Source: the human T2T-CHM13v2.0 reference genome, Homo sapiens
NCBI RefSeq assembly: GCF_009914755.1
Contig: NC_060934.1
Direction: 5' to 3' (one strand)
DNA: 64,000 bases
Positions 39,305 to 53,568 of the stretch are shown here, in pieces. The notes beneath the pieces were generated by a model, which had not been told where the DNA came from, did no database searches, and saw only the letters and a list, made by a program, of their open reading frames with translations. Made by a program: the position numbers and the translations under genes. Every line of letters starts with the position of its first letter. Positions within the stretch are counted from its first letter, which is position 1.

Positions 39305-40248
39305 GTGACGCACGCACCATCCCATCCCCCCCGCCGTCCCCACCCCCCACTGCTGTTCCACCCCCCACCGCCGTCCCACACCCCCGCCGTCCCACCCCCC
39401 ACACCGTCCCACGCCCCCCCACTGTCCCATCACCCCTGCCGTCCCATGCGTAACTGGCCCCCACCTGAACCAAGGGACCCAGGGGCAGCCAGGACAGTGT
39501 CTCCGGTGAACGGAACAGGCGGCTCCCGTCTGGAGCACCTTGTGGGTGCCTGCTGGGTTGCAGCACCGAGGGAGGTGTGGGGACAGATGCCTGCAAGGTG
39601 GGCCTTGAAACCGGTGACTGTGCCGTAAAGAGGAACGGGGACTTTGCCATGGCCCTCGCCCACACATTCTCAACACAGTGACATTGTCCCCAGGGAGGCA
39701 GCAATTGGCTTTGGAGTGGGGAGGGAATCTTCAGCATTGCACGGGTCTGCCCCGTCAAAGCCTAGCCCTGCCAGACATCAGGGCAGACGGACGGTGCATC
39801 TGAGACGTAAAAACGTCCTGGGGGTGATGAGGGCAGCATCTGAAAGGGCTGGGGGAGAGGCCATCGGAGACACACCCGGCTCCAGTGTCCGTCCACCGTG
39901 AGCCCGTGGCTGCCCCGTGGGCCCTGACTCGGGACGGGGCCTGTGACACGGGGGCTTCAAGTTACCGTGTTCTCCCTGCCGCTCGGCTCCCTTTCAGCCG
40001 CAGATATGCCGCTGCAGCCACTGTGTCGGCTGGGGCAGCGCTACCCTCGGGGAGGGCTGGGAGGAGGCAGCTCCGAGGACCCCGGGGGCTGGGGTCAGGC
40101 CATGTGCGTGCACTGGCAGGTGCGTGCCCGTGCAATGGGGAGGCTGGGGGGCTGCCCGGCCTGACTGAGGCTCCGCAGCTCCTTCCCCCCAGCCAGCCCC
40201 AAGTGCGGGGCAGCATGCATACCCGCCCTGACCCAAGCTCTGCCACAG

Positions 40249-40320
40249 CCTACCTGTGTCTGGACTCCGTGCTGGTTGCTGAGGACGGGGCTGTGCTCTT
40301 CCAGCCACCCCCTGCCAACG
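40249..40320 (+). CDS. KNDC1: KNDC1 exon 8 (AYLCLDSVLVAEDGAVLFQPPPAN)
   Basis: cacag acceptor; G|gtgagt donor; 72 nt, phase 1-1. Confidence 0.92.
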
Positions 40321-40402
40321 GTGAGTGTGTGGGTTCCCCTCAGGCCGAGTCCAGCACCGGCTCGCCAGGGGTGAGGAAAGCTCAGTCGGGTTTCTCTCTT
40401 AG

Positions 40403-40464
40403 GTTCCTATGACTCGTTCTTTCTGGCTCCCGAGCTGGCAGAGGAGAGGCTGGTAACTGAAAAG
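40403..40464 (+). CDS. KNDC1: KNDC1 exon 9 (GSYDSFFLAPELAEERLVTEK)
   Basis: tttctctcttag acceptor; AAG|gtaccc donor; 62 nt; APE motif. Confidence 0.92.
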
Positions 40465-40879
40465 GTACCCGGGCCCTCCCCACCCTGCCCCAGCCCTGCC
40501 CCCAGCCCTCGGGGATGCCACGTCCCCCATCTGTCCAGCAGCCCCCCATCAGGACTCGAGGGAGTCAGGGCAGCCCTTCCTGGCCAGGCGGCCACAGGCG
40601 GTATCTGCCAGCAGGGCCGTGGCTCTGGCCGGGGCACCAAGACAGGGCTTGGTGTGGACGGCACTGGCCATGTGCACTAGAGCTGCGCCTCCTGGCTCAC
40701 GAGAACTAAGGGCTAAACAACCAGGGATGTGTATAAGGCACCTGTGAAACATGAGCATTCTTAAAATTTAAATTACACAAATTTAAATACAATTCAATAA
40801 ATTACATTCAAAATCAAGGTAAAACTTCCACTCAGGAATGATAGAAATGTGTACTTCCCGCTCCTCCCACTGAGGAAGA

Positions 40880-41060
40880 GCACTAAGTACCCTACACTAA
40901 GCACCCTGCACTAAACAAACACCCTGCAATAAGCACCCTGCGCTAACCACCCTGCATTAAACACCCTGCAGTAAGCACCCTGCACTAAACAAACACCCTG
41001 CACTAAACACCCTGCAGTAAGCACCCTGCACTAAGCACCCTGCAGTAAGCACCCTGCACA
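40880..41060. repeat. ~14-18-bp degenerate tandem repeat (AAGCACCCTGCACT)
   Basis: About a dozen CACCCTGCA-type cores. Confidence 0.9.
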
Positions 41061-41245
41061 CTGTGCAAAAAACAAGCACCAGGCCACCTGCAGGGGGAGG
41101 AGACGGCAGCCGGCGAGGGGCCTCTGGACCAAGGAACAAGGCAGCCGTGAGTGCCCTGGGTTTTCCTTCTGCCTCACATATTGAGACTTGGAGGTAAAGA
41201 AGCCGGTGACCGGGAAAAAGCAATGGGCGCACACTAAAAGCCGCG

Positions 41246-41663
41246 CTTTTTCATCTTCTGGGGATGTTGTCTAGAGAAACTCGGAATGGTCCACCATTTG
41301 CCAAACCATCGAAGGCTTTCCTGCAGTCTAGCCTGTAACGAAAAGAGGCTGTCCTGAACCCCAGCAATAGATCGTTCACCTTTACACCAAGAAGGCTGGG
41401 AAAGCACTGTCATCTGCAGGTGGCCCAGGCCGACCTCAGGGGGTTGGTGCTGTGAGACCTGAAGCTCTTATGAGATTGTCTCAAACAAAAACCGCGTCCG
41501 TGAGGCTGCAGTGGCTCTGTGTGCACTGTGTGTGTTCCTGTGGGATCCCTTCAGGGTTAGTGCTTTCCCCTTCAAGGAACGAAAATCGCTGGGAAAGTGC
41601 TGAGGCACAAGCACAGAGTCAGAAAACTAAGAAAAAATGAAGCTTTTTGGAGTAATAAAAAAG
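41246..41663 (+). pseudogene. Processed pseudogene of ribosomal protein L34 (RPL34) in KNDC1 intron 9
   Basis: Intronless. 5' pyrimidine tract CTTTTTCATCTTC, then ATG 41286 MVHHLPNHRRLS (RPL34 MVQRLTYRRRLS), TGA at 41355, frameshifts, later [13 protein letters not shown] and AQAQSQKTK (RPL34 VRPKVLMRLSKTK, AQAQSQKAK), AATAAA at 41654. Confidence 0.88.
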
Positions 41664-41679
41664 AGTTTAAGCCCCAACT

Positions 41680-43029
<1,350 letters not shown>

Positions 43030-43864
43030 ATGATACCAAGAATCAGGAAGATGTCAAACTGAATGAAAACAGGCAACCAATGATACCAACCTGGAGATGA
43101 CAGAAATTTTAAAAGTGACTTTAAAATTTTTAAAGCAACCATCATAAAAATGCGTCATTGGGCAATTGCAAACACGCTTGAAACAAATGAAAAAGTTTCA
43201 GCAAAGAAATACAAAGTTTCAACCAAGGAATAGAAAAGAAAAAGAAAAAGCTAATAGAAATTTTAGAGCTGATTTTTTAAAAAAACTCAATGAATGGGCT
43301 TAATAGCAGAATAGAGAGGGCAGAGGAAAGAATTGGTGAAATGGAGACAATAGAAATTACACAGTTTGGACAACAAAGAGAAAATAGACCAAAAGAACTG
43401 AACAGAGCCTGAGAAGCTTGTGGGACTATAATAAAAGATCTAATATCCATGTCATCAAAATCCTGGAAAGAGAAGAGAAGGAGGGTGGTGCATAAAAAGT
43501 ACTCAAAGAAATAATGGCTGAAAACTTCCAAATTTTGGCAAGACACATAAGCCTACAGATTTCAGAAGGTGAGAAAACCCCAAACATGATCAATGCAAAG
43601 AAATCCACACCAGGACACATCATAGTCAAACCTCTGAATACTAACCCTCCCCTCTCCGAAAAAATAAAAATAAAAATAAAAAACAAAAAGAGAGAGAAAC
43701 AGCAGCTTACATATATACACATATGGGGGGGAAAACAGTTCAGATGATCAGATTTCTCATCAGTAACTGTAGAGGAAGTGCATAGCATTTTTTTAAGTTC
43801 TGAAAGAACTTTCAACCCAGAAACCTATTTCCAGCAAAAATATCCTTCAGAAATTAAGGAAACA

Positions 43865-44277
<413 letters not shown>

Positions 44278-45229
44278 CTAACCATGTACTGTCTACCAGA
44301 AACTCACTTCAAATAAAACAATATAAGTAGGTTGAAAGTTAAAAGAGTTGAAAAAGATACATTATGAAAATGATAAAAAGAAAGCAGAAGTGACTGCATT
44401 AATATCAGGTTAAGTGTACTTCAGAGCAAAGAAAATTACCAGAGATAAAGAGGGACATTCTATAACAATAAAGGGTCAGTCCGCCCAGAAGACATAGCAA
44501 TCCTAAACATATATGCACCAAATAACAGAGCTGCAGAATATGTGAAGCAAAACTGATAGAATTAATAGAGACACAGATGAATCCACAATTATAGTTGGAG
44601 ATGCCAGTTTCCCCTCTCTGAACACTTGATAGAACAATCAGACTGTAAACCAGTAAAAATATGAAGGAACTCAACAACACTGTCAATCAACACGGCTGGA
44701 TCAACATTTAAAGGACACTCCACCCAACAACAGCAGAATCCACATTCTTCTCAGTTGCCCCACTGACTATACACCAAGCTAGACCAAATCCTGAGCCATA
44801 ACGCAAACCTCAACAAATTTAAAAGAATTTAAGTCATACAAATGTGTTCTCTGACCACAGTAACAAAAATAAAAGGGAAATTTTCCAAACACTTGGAAAC
44901 GAAACAACACATTCTAAATACTCTATGTGTCAAAGAGAAAATTTCAAGGAAATTTTAAAAACATATAGAACTGAGTGAAAATGAAAATGCAACATATGGC
45001 GAACCAGGATTTTTGTGCCAATGGCGATGTGCTGGCTGAGATACTGGACTATATCAGTATCAGTATTTTGCAAGCTGCTACTGTTGTGGAAACTGGGTAC
45101 AAAGTACATGAGCTCTATTATTTATTAAAACTATGTACAATTATCACAAAATAAAAGGTTAATTTTTTAAAAGTGTAACAAGTGCTCAAAATGGGTGATT
45201 TCCTACTTATCTGACTCTAGTTGGCTGTT

Positions 45230-45885
45230 CTATGCTCGTGGGGCTGTCTGCGTCTGCTGTGCCTGGATGGGGGAGACTCTGTAAAGGGGAGCTGCCTCTT
45301 CCCAGCTCCACACTCAAGGGCACTGCATTGGTAGCCAGAAGTCAGCCACGTGGGAGTACTTACACCAGGGAAAGCAGCAAACGCTACAAATGTCTTGTTC
45401 TGTTGACTCTCTGGACTTACTGAAGTGATGGAGAACACGTGGATGATGTGATTAAACTTAAAAGTGTGTCATGTCTGTGGCCGCTCCCTTGAGAATAGCC
45501 CAAAAGGTGGAGGACATGGTCTTACGATATCAACCGCGACCATCTGATTCAGCAAAGACGTCGCTCAGAGGGGTGCCCCGAATTCCAGCATGGGTCTGTC
45601 CGGCTTCACTTCCATCTCATTTACTGAAATGAATGAAAACATCAACCAACACTCATGTCAGCAGCACTCGTGTATTGTGGTGGACTGTGGATGAACATGG
45701 GTTTCATTGATTTTTATCAATGAAAGCCTTCAGTGAGAATTGACTGGCTCTGTGGAACTTACAAAACGTGCATCAAATGGTGTGCTGTGCATCCCTTACA
45801 TCAGCAACGTGCCGGATGAACTCAGTTTGCACACAGGCGGTGTGTTCGCTCGGAGAGCCAGTTGTTAGCCATGTAGCAGCACGGC
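45230..45885. mobile_element. hAT-Blackjack DNA transposon fossil (MER63-like)
   Basis: gtgggagtacttacacca...gcaaacgctacaaat and terminal cggagagccagttgtta...cagcac resemble MER63 (from memory). Confidence 0.65.
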
Positions 45886-46284
45886 ACCAGTCGGGGGGCT
45901 TCCGGGAGCAGGCACCAGTCGGGGGGCTCCCAGGTCCGTGAGGTGGGGGCTATGCTGGCCAGTTCTCCTCAAACCCTCGAGCTGCTGCCTTCGTGAGGAG
46001 AGTGGAAGGTGGGAAAGTCCAGTTGAGGCTTCCAACCCTCTGGTGTTTAAAACGCGGACAGAACCATGGGGGAGAGTTCGACCTGCAGGTTCCTGGACCA
46101 CGACCTGGAGGCGGATGCAGGGGTCCAGGGTGGGGCCTGATAGATGCTGAGGAGGGGTCTTGAGGAGAGCCCCTCTGTGGGGGCAGTGCCTGGGTGCCCC
46201 TCAGGGTGCCTGAGGTGGGCAGGTCTGCTGGGCACAGCAGCCCACAGCCCTGCGGTAGACACTATTCTCTCCCCACCCGCCCAG

Positions 46285-46443
46285 GCCTCTGTGTACTGTG
46301 TGGCCGCCGTTCTGTGGACCGCAGCCAAGTTCAGCGTCCCCCGCAACCACAAGCTGGCCCTGCCACGCAGGCTCAAGACCCTCCTCCTGGACATGGCCAG
46401 GCGCAGTGCCCCGGAGCGGCCGTCCGCGGCTGAGGCCATCAAG
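46285..46443 (+). CDS. KNDC1: KNDC1 exon 10 (ASVYCVAAVLWTAAKF...ERPSAAEAIK)
   Basis: cccag|GCC acceptor; AAG|gtaacc donor; 159 nt. Confidence 0.94.
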
Positions 46444-47214
46444 GTAACCACACCACAGTCATGGCCCCAGCCCAGGGTCCAAGGACTGTGGGCAGTGGCC
46501 GCCCTCGCTGAGCTGGGGGTGGAGGAGCACGGGCTGCCAGTGTCCAGGTGATGAGGCCACCAGGTCTGTTTCTAGGTCCCTGTTTCTAGACGTCGGCCTG
46601 GCCGTCGCATGGGGAAGGGAGTGGGTTTCGCGTCATGGCCACGTCCATGTGGGTGGACAGCATGGGGGTCTCTGCTGCTCCCCACCATGGCCGTTCCTCC
46701 TGCGGAGCCTGCTCTCTCCAGCTTGTCCAAGAGGCCAGGGCGGGGGCAAGGGGTGTCCTGTGGGCACGTGCAGACCCCTGCTCTTAGGCCCTGCTGGAGG
46801 GGAGCAGAGAGAGGCCTCCACACCTCACCCCCCACCCCGAACCCCCACCTCCTCTGAGGATCCCACCAGCCCCGCCCCTCCCTGCCTGGTCTCCCTGCTG
46901 GACTCAAGCTTTGGGGCTGGGTTCTAACGTACTCCTGCTGGGACCTGCACCCGCACCCGGCATGGGGACCAGCGGGTGGACCAGCAGGTGGGGCAGGAGC
47001 CAAACTCTCATGTGTCAGTGATCAGGAGGACCTCCTGGGGAGGAGCCGAGCTGGGTGTGGGTGATCAGGAGGACCTCCTGGGGAGGAGCCGTGTCTGGGG
47101 GAGCGGAGACGGCCATGGGGTTGGGGACCTGGGTCCAGCCGTCTCCGCCTCGACTGCTCTGTGGTCTTGGGCGGGTTGCTCAGACCCTGTGGGCCTCTCA
47201 GGCCTCCTCTGCTG

Positions 47215-47560
47215 CAGGAGGATGAGATCTAGACACGGCTGGGCGTCTGCCAAGCAGTGAAAGCAGATTTTATTCAGTAACTACTGAGAGCTGGGGAAGC
47301 TGAGCTCAGTTCCCACGTGCACAAGGCCTGAGCTTATAAAGGGAGGACAGGAGTGGCCGGGGGCAGGGAGCGCGGGGCTCAGGCGAACGTGACCAAGGGC
47401 TGCCAGTGTCCAGGCGACGAGGCTACCAGGTCTGTGGCCAACGCTGGGTTTGGGATTCTGCCCTCCCAGGGAGCCTGGGGGACAGTGGCCGACTGTGAGC
47501 CCTTTTCAGGAAATGCTCTAAGAAAGGCTTGTCCGGGGCCTGTAGTTGGGTGTCGGTGAG
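47215..47560 (-). mobile_element. Diverged ERV1 LTR fragment (MER31/MER67-like), antisense
   Basis: aagcagattttattcagtaactact (reverse AATAAA) and ggattctgccctcccag. Family call tentative. Confidence 0.4.
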
Positions 47561-47679
47561 AACAAACAGGAAACCCTCCTGGCAGCCCTGAGCTTTTTCA
47601 GATGGGGACCCAGTGACACGGGGACGGTGCAGCCGTGGCTGAGGCCTGTCGGGACGTGTGAACTGTCTCCTCCCTCCAG

Positions 47680-47757
47680 GTGTGCGGCAGCTACCTCCTC
47701 CAGCGAGGCATGGACAGCCGGAAAATCCTTGCCCACCTCAGAGCTTCCATCTGCCAG
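47680..47757 (+). CDS. KNDC1: KNDC1 exon 11 (VCGSYLLQRGMDSRKILAHLRASICQ)
   Basis: ctccctccag acceptor; CAG|gtgggc donor; 78 nt. Confidence 0.9.
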
Positions 47758-48296
47758 GTGGGCTAGAACAGCCAGGCCGCCGCCTCCTCCGCCGCGCTTA
47801 GCTTCCTCCCTCCTGGACGCACTTGCCCTTGCCTGGCCGCTCCCGGCAGCCCCACACCCCGGTCTCTGTTGACCACCGAGCTGTGGGTGGGTGCATCTGG
47901 GGGTGCAGGGGGACACTCGAGTCCCATCTAAAGGCCCCACAGTGGCCCCCAGGGACCCAGATCAGGATCAGGGCAGGGTCCCAAGGACGGCGGCCCAGCA
48001 CCCACCCCGGGCGCAGAGAGCTTTGGGAGTGTGGGCCCTGAGTCTCGGGTGGTGCTGGCGTCTCCCACTCCCTGGAACCCACGGAAACCTGGTTGGCTTG
48101 GGAGGCAAAGGAGCCCCAACGGCTCCCTCTCCAGGCAGAGCCGCTGCAGAGCTTGGGCCGTGTGGCCGCCATGCCCGGCTCCTCCCCAGCAGGAAGCTCC
48201 ACGGCACCGGCGGGTGGTGGGGGACGCCCTGTGGGTGTTGCCGGCGCTGGCGGAGCTCCGTGGTCACCTGGCCCAGGGCTGTCACCTCCTCCCCAG

Positions 48297-48390
48297 GTGT
48301 ACCAGGAGGAAGAGACCATCAGCCTCCAAAACGCCTTCTCAGTGGTTGAACTGAAGCCCAGTGTGGCACCAGCCCCAGAGCCCAGCCCAG
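48297..48390 (+). CDS. KNDC1: KNDC1 exon 12 (VYQEEETISLQNAFSVVELK...)
   Basis: cctccccag acceptor; CAG|gtgggg donor; 94 nt, phase 0-1. Confidence 0.9.
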
Positions 48391-48958
48391 GTGGGGACCT
48401 GACCAGCCCCTGCTGCCCCACCAGCTCCTGCACCTGACACCACAGCTGCCCCCACCTCTGCATGGACAGACACAGCCGGGCACCTCTCGGAAACCCGGGA
48501 AGCAAGTCCAGAGCTCGGCCAACGTGGCCCATGCAGCCCAGCCTGCCTGCCCCTGCCAGCCCCCATCTCCCAAAACTCCCAGTCGCTCAGGCCCCAGCTC
48601 CAGGTTCTCACTCCCATCTCCCAGCAGCTGGCCCTCCCAAGCCCACATCTGGAGACCCCCAGAGTCCACACAGAGCCCACCCCACCCCCGTACTGAGCCC
48701 TGCTCAGCAGGCCCCTCCAAGGCTTCTGGTGGGGCCTGGTCTTGCTGGCCCGTCCCCGCCTGCTGGCCCTCCCCCAAGCACCAGTCTCACCCACCCTCCC
48801 ATTCCAGGGCCCAGCACAGAGGAAGCCCCCAGGGCCATGCGGGAGGGGACGCGGCACCACGCACTGGGTGGGATGAGCACTGGGTGGGATGAGCCGGTGG
48901 TGCGGCACGTGCTGGGGCCACTCCGCCCGCCCACACCCTCAGCCCCCTGGCTCCCCAG

Positions 48959-49121
48959 GCTTCCTGCCGGTGAACAGCGACACCGGGCTTGTGGCTGTGC
49001 CAGGGCCCGTGCCCGGCCAGCACCCCTGCGGTGAAGAAGCCACCCAGCTGCCTGCAGCGTTCACCTCCGAGGCCACGCACTTCAAGCCCATTGTCCTCGC
49101 GCAGAACGCAAGTGTGGCCAG
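48959..49121 (+). CDS. KNDC1: KNDC1 exon 13 (GFLPVNSDTGLVAV...NASVAR)
   Basis: ctccccag acceptor; CAG|gtgagc donor; 163 nt, phase 1-2. Confidence 0.9.
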
Positions 49122-49199
49122 GTGAGCATCGTCCCCACACCCCGGAGCTGCTGGGTCCCGGGCGCAGGCAGCCCCTCCTGAGCTCTGCTCCTCCCGTAG

Positions 49200-49888
49200 G
49201 GACCAGCCTGCCTTGGCCCAGGAGGAGTCCGAGGAGAGGGGCGGCCAGAGGGAGGGAGAAGGTGAGGAGAAGCTCTCCCCGGAGGCCCACGCTGGGTCCC
49301 CCAGCCTGAAGACGCCTGACGGGCCGGTGCCTGGTCCGGGGCCACAGGGAGCAGCCCCAGAGCCTCTTGGGGCGTCAGTGCAGCGTGACTCAGCCCAGGG
49401 CCGCCCCTGCCCTCCACCCCAGGCCCCAGCAAACCAGCCAGAGGGGGCCTCATCGGCAGCTCCCGGCTCTCCAGTCCCCGCCCCGCCCACGAAGGCATCT
49501 GCGCTGCCCGTAGAGCAAGGGCCGGCTGAGCCGATCCCACCTGGAGACGCTTCCGGGGGCCTCAGGCCCGACGCCCTGGGGCCCACCACGGCCCACCACG
49601 GCCCACGCCACCCGCCCAAGCCCCCACGAAGCAAGGCCACCGAGCGCCCGGGCCAGGAGCCAGAGGGCCCCGGGGCCACCCCTGCCGGGGAACGTGATGA
49701 CCAGAGTCCAGACAGTGTCCCAGAGAGGCCGCGGCCCGCAGACCGGAGGCTCTGTCTGCCCTGCGTGGACGCCTCGCCACTCCCAGGGAGGACGGCCTGC
49801 CCGTCGCTGCAGGAGGCCACGCGCCTCATCCAGGAGGAATTTGCCTTCGATGGCTACCTGGACAATGGGCTGGAGGCTCTGATCATGG
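49200..49888 (+). CDS. KNDC1: KNDC1 exon 14 (Pro-rich region ending ...FDGYLDNGLEALIM)
   Basis: cccgtag acceptor; ATGG|gtacgt donor; 689 nt, phase 2-1. Confidence 0.92.
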
Positions 49889-50079
49889 GTACGTGGGGGC
49901 CGCAGACGCCCCAGAGGAGGCCCGGGCCAGGGAGAGCCCCACAGGGGACTCGGGGCCGCCCCACGCCCTTCCCCCAGCCCCCCAGCCGAGATCAGCCTTG
50001 TCCGTTTCATCAGCCACAAGGGAACCAGATGAGCAGCCCTGCCACCATCTCACTTGTCTCCATCGTTTTGCAAAACCAG

Positions 50080-50224
50080 GGGAGTACATCTTCGCCTTGA
50101 AAGATCTCACCTTTGCCACTTTCTGTGGCGCCATTTCCGAGAAGTTCTGTGACCTGTACTGGGATGAGAAGTTGCTGCAGAACCTCTTTAAGGTGGTCAA
50201 CGGGCAGGCGTCACCCTCCCCAAG
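50080..50224 (+). CDS. KNDC1: KNDC1 exon 15 (GEYIFALKDLTFATFCGAISEKF...)
   Basis: accag acceptor; AAG|gtgggt donor; 145 nt, phase 1-2. Confidence 0.92.
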
Positions 50225-50996
50225 GTGGGTGCCCAGTTCGGCCCTGCATTCCCGCCCCTCCCTGATGCCCACTGTGCCTGGGCTCTGCTGCCTGACCCGG
50301 GCCCAGCCTTCCCCTCCCAACCCTCGGCTTCCATCTCGCTGCTGTCTCCAGAGGGGCTACCCTTGGTGGAGATGGGTGGGGGTCCCAGCAGCCCCTCCTT
50401 GGGCCTGACGCCTACTCACAGCTTTCCCATCGGACCTGGGTTTCTTCTGGAGGACGAAAGGGCTTTCAGGGAATATGAGGCAGGGGCTTTCCGGGAGGCT
50501 GCAGGGGGCCTGGGCAGTGATGGCCACAGGGCTCCCTGCTCAGAGGGACCAGTGTGAGGGCCCCAAGGAGGTGAAGAGACTCCCAAACAGGTGGCCCCAG
50601 ACCCCACAGGGCCCAGCACTGAGCTGTGTTGGGTGGGGCGGCGGCCACCCCACATTGCCTTGCTCACAGCTCCACGCGGTGCCAGCAGCCCGGGCAGCTC
50701 CTCCGCGTGCGTGTGGAGTAAACACAGCTGTGAGCAAGGGCACCCACCCCAGCCCCGGCCTCCTCGGCCCCGCAGCACTGAGAGGCTGCTCCCGAGTCCC
50801 CCCAGGGACCCCAAGCAGTGAATGACCCAGGGATCCCGTCGGCTGCTGTGCCCCTTAGTGACTGAGAGGGGTGAGCTCCTGCCGCCTCCAGCGAGAGCTC
50901 CGCATAGACGTGTGGGCCTGTGGGCCCCGCCCTGTGGAGACTGTGGCCTCCTCCCAGTGGGCGGAGGTGGGGACTGACCTGCATTCTCGTCGTCAG

Positions 50997-51082
50997 CACG
51001 GCCGAGGAGGCTGGGTCACAGCTCGAGGGCAGCCAAAGCCCCCGCTCCCCGTCCAGCAAGAGGCCGTCGCTGCACCGCCTGG
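50997..51082 (+). CDS. KNDC1: KNDC1 exon 16 (STAEEAGSQLEGSQSPRSPSSKRPSLHRL)
   Basis: gtcag acceptor; TGG|gtaagt donor; 86 nt, phase 2-1. Confidence 0.9.
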
Positions 51083-51212
51083 GTAAGTGCTGGGCGGGCC
51101 CCGCGGCAGGAGCTCTGCTGGGCGGCTCCTCTGTGCTCTCTGCAATGCGGGGGGCGCCCCAGGGTCCCAGCAGCCTCAGACTGCACTGCTCCAGCAGGGC
51201 TGCCTTTGCCCC

Positions 51213-51341
51213 GGGGGTGCCCAGCCAAAGGCCGCCCTCTCCTGGGGGTGCCCAGCCAAAGGCCGCCTTCTCCTGGGGGTGCCCAGCCAAAGGCCGTCCT
51301 CTCCTGGGGGTGCCCAGCCAAAGGCCGTCCTCTTCTGGGGG
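51213..51341. repeat. 31-bp minisatellite, ~4 copies
   Basis: GGGGGTGCCCAGCCAAAGGCCG.C.TCTCCT starts at 51213, 51244, 51275, 51306. Confidence 0.95.
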
Positions 51342-52122
51342 CGAGCAGGAGCCCAGGACCTTGGAGGTGGGGGGTCCTCTGTCACCGGCCACTGGGACAG
51401 TGGGAGCCGCCGGGAGCCAGGTGGGATCCGCTCTCCAAGCAGAGGGGGGCCTGTGAGCCGGGGCTTTGGTGACAAGGCAGAAGTGGGCTTGTTAGCCCCA
51501 GGATCCCAGGGCACATGAGTGCCAGGCTGGGGACGTCCCAGCGTCCGGCCAGCAGGCTTGGTGTTAGGGACAAGGTGGGGGTGGTGGTCACCCTCAGGCT
51601 GTCCGTAGTCGTGGCCAGGCTTGGTGACGGGCCCAGTTCCTATCAAGTCGGAGACCAGGCGGGCAGGCTGGGGCATGAGGCCCGTGCACTCCTGGATGGC
51701 AGGAAAGCCCTGCACAGGGGAAGCTTCCGCAGGGACAGAGCTGGGGACCACTTTTTAAATTCCAGAAGAAAAGAGGAGAGCGTGAGGGGGCAGAGGGACA
51801 CAGTCCTGATAGCAGAGCCAGCGAGGACAGGGCCCGGCCCCACCCCGGGGCGAGTACGAGTTTGGAAGCAGTGAGGGCGCAGAGTGGGGCTCCATCTGGG
51901 GAGAGGCCTCTCTCTGTCACCCGGCCCCGTGCGGCAGTTCAGGGTCCCAGCATCTCCCCTGCACTGGGAGGCGGCAGCCGTGCCCGGGGGGCGCCCGTGG
52001 TGGGCGGGTGCAAGAGAGAAGGGCGTCGGGTGTGCAAGCACCACCGGCCTCCCATTAACAGCCTGCCCGGGCTCCGCCCACAGGAGCCACTGTCCACGTA
52101 ACCTGCGTCTCTTTCTTTCAAG

Positions 52123-52520
52123 GAAAAGAGAAGCCAGCCATGGCCAGGACCAGCAGCAGGGCCCCCTGCTCACCCACCTCGGTGTCGGATGTGGACTCGG
52201 ACGCACTGTCACGGGGAAACTTCGAGGTGGGGTTTCGGCCTCAGAGGTCCGTAAAAGCCGAGAGAGCGCAGCAGCCTGAGGCTGGCGAGGACAGACGGCC
52301 AGCTGGCGGGGCCTCAGACGTGGAGGCAGTGACCCGACTGGCCAGGTCCAAAGGGGTCGGCCCAGCCTTGTCCCCCGGCCCAGCCGGATTCCAGAGCTGC
52401 AGCCCCGGCTGGTGCAGCGCCTTCTACGAGGCCGACTGCTTCGGGGCCGACGTCCACAACTACGTGAAGGACCTGGGGCGGCAGCAGGCGGACGGGGCCC
52501 TGCCCGACGCCCAGAGCCCG
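52123..52520 (+). CDS. KNDC1: KNDC1 exon 17 (GKEKPAMARTSS...DAQSP)
   Basis: ctttctttcaag acceptor; CCG|gtgagt donor; 398 nt, phase 1-0. Confidence 0.92.
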
Positions 52521-53568
52521 GTGAGTCCCAGGCCTTGGCACTGCAGGGTGGGGCAGGGCGTCTCCTTCCAGCAGAGCTTCCTGGTCACTGCAGGTGACAG
52601 ATGGCACCGTGTGCCCAGAGCCCCCAACAGGGTGACACTGGTCCTGGTGCCCCCACCCCGTGGCTGTCAAGATGGTCAGGGCCCCCTCCCTGGGCTGAGC
52701 TCCACGTCTAGGGACAGGCTCGTCTGCACTGGTGCTCCTGGTGGCTCCACGTCTGAGGACAGGGAAGGGCTTTTCTCTCATGGTTGCCCGGGCGATGGGT
52801 TCACAGGAGGCCCCTCCATGCTCGTGACCAGGTTGCGTTCGGTCGTGTTTTCCGTGGGGCAGGCACAGCCTCCGGGCCCTTGGGCAGCCTCGCTCTGCAG
52901 TGAAAGAAAACACCAAAAACGCCTGCCCAGCAAGTCTAGACTGGGCCTGGTCGCTGCAGCCTGGTCCGGGCTTTCTGGCCAGCAGTGCCATCCTGGGTCA
53001 GGAGCAGCTGCAACTCCTCCCTGGCCAGCAGGGAGAGGAGGTCTTAGACCGGGGAGTCCTGGGTGCAGGAGAGGCCTGCAGAGCTCTGGACGCAAGGTGG
53101 GACCAGTGACCCACAGCCCCGACCTGGGCTGCATTCTCGAGAGCCCCGGGACTCCAGGGTGGATGACAGGAGGGGCCCAGTGGCCATCAGCTCCGGGAAC
53201 CTCTCCCACCACCGTCTGCCTCGAGCTGAGCCACCGTGGGAAGCCTCCCCCAGCCTCTGGGCATCGGAGCCCTTCCTGGGGCTCCTCCTTGCGCCTCTCC
53301 TGCCGCCTCCTGGCCTGCACTTTATGACTCAGTCCAGAACATGACCCGGTGTCCCTTCAGGGCAGGTGAGGGGACAGGGGTTAAGCTCTGTGAAGCCTTC
53401 ACTTCATTTCAGCTTCTGGGCCACGTGAAAGACCCGCATGGTGCTACAGCCTCTGCACCTGCATCTCGGACACCCCACACAGGGCCTGAGGGGGCTTCGA
53501 GGACGCAAAGGCCGCCCCCGGGGCTGGGGAGAGAAAAGGGCGGCCGGCACAGCAAACACCAAACGACC

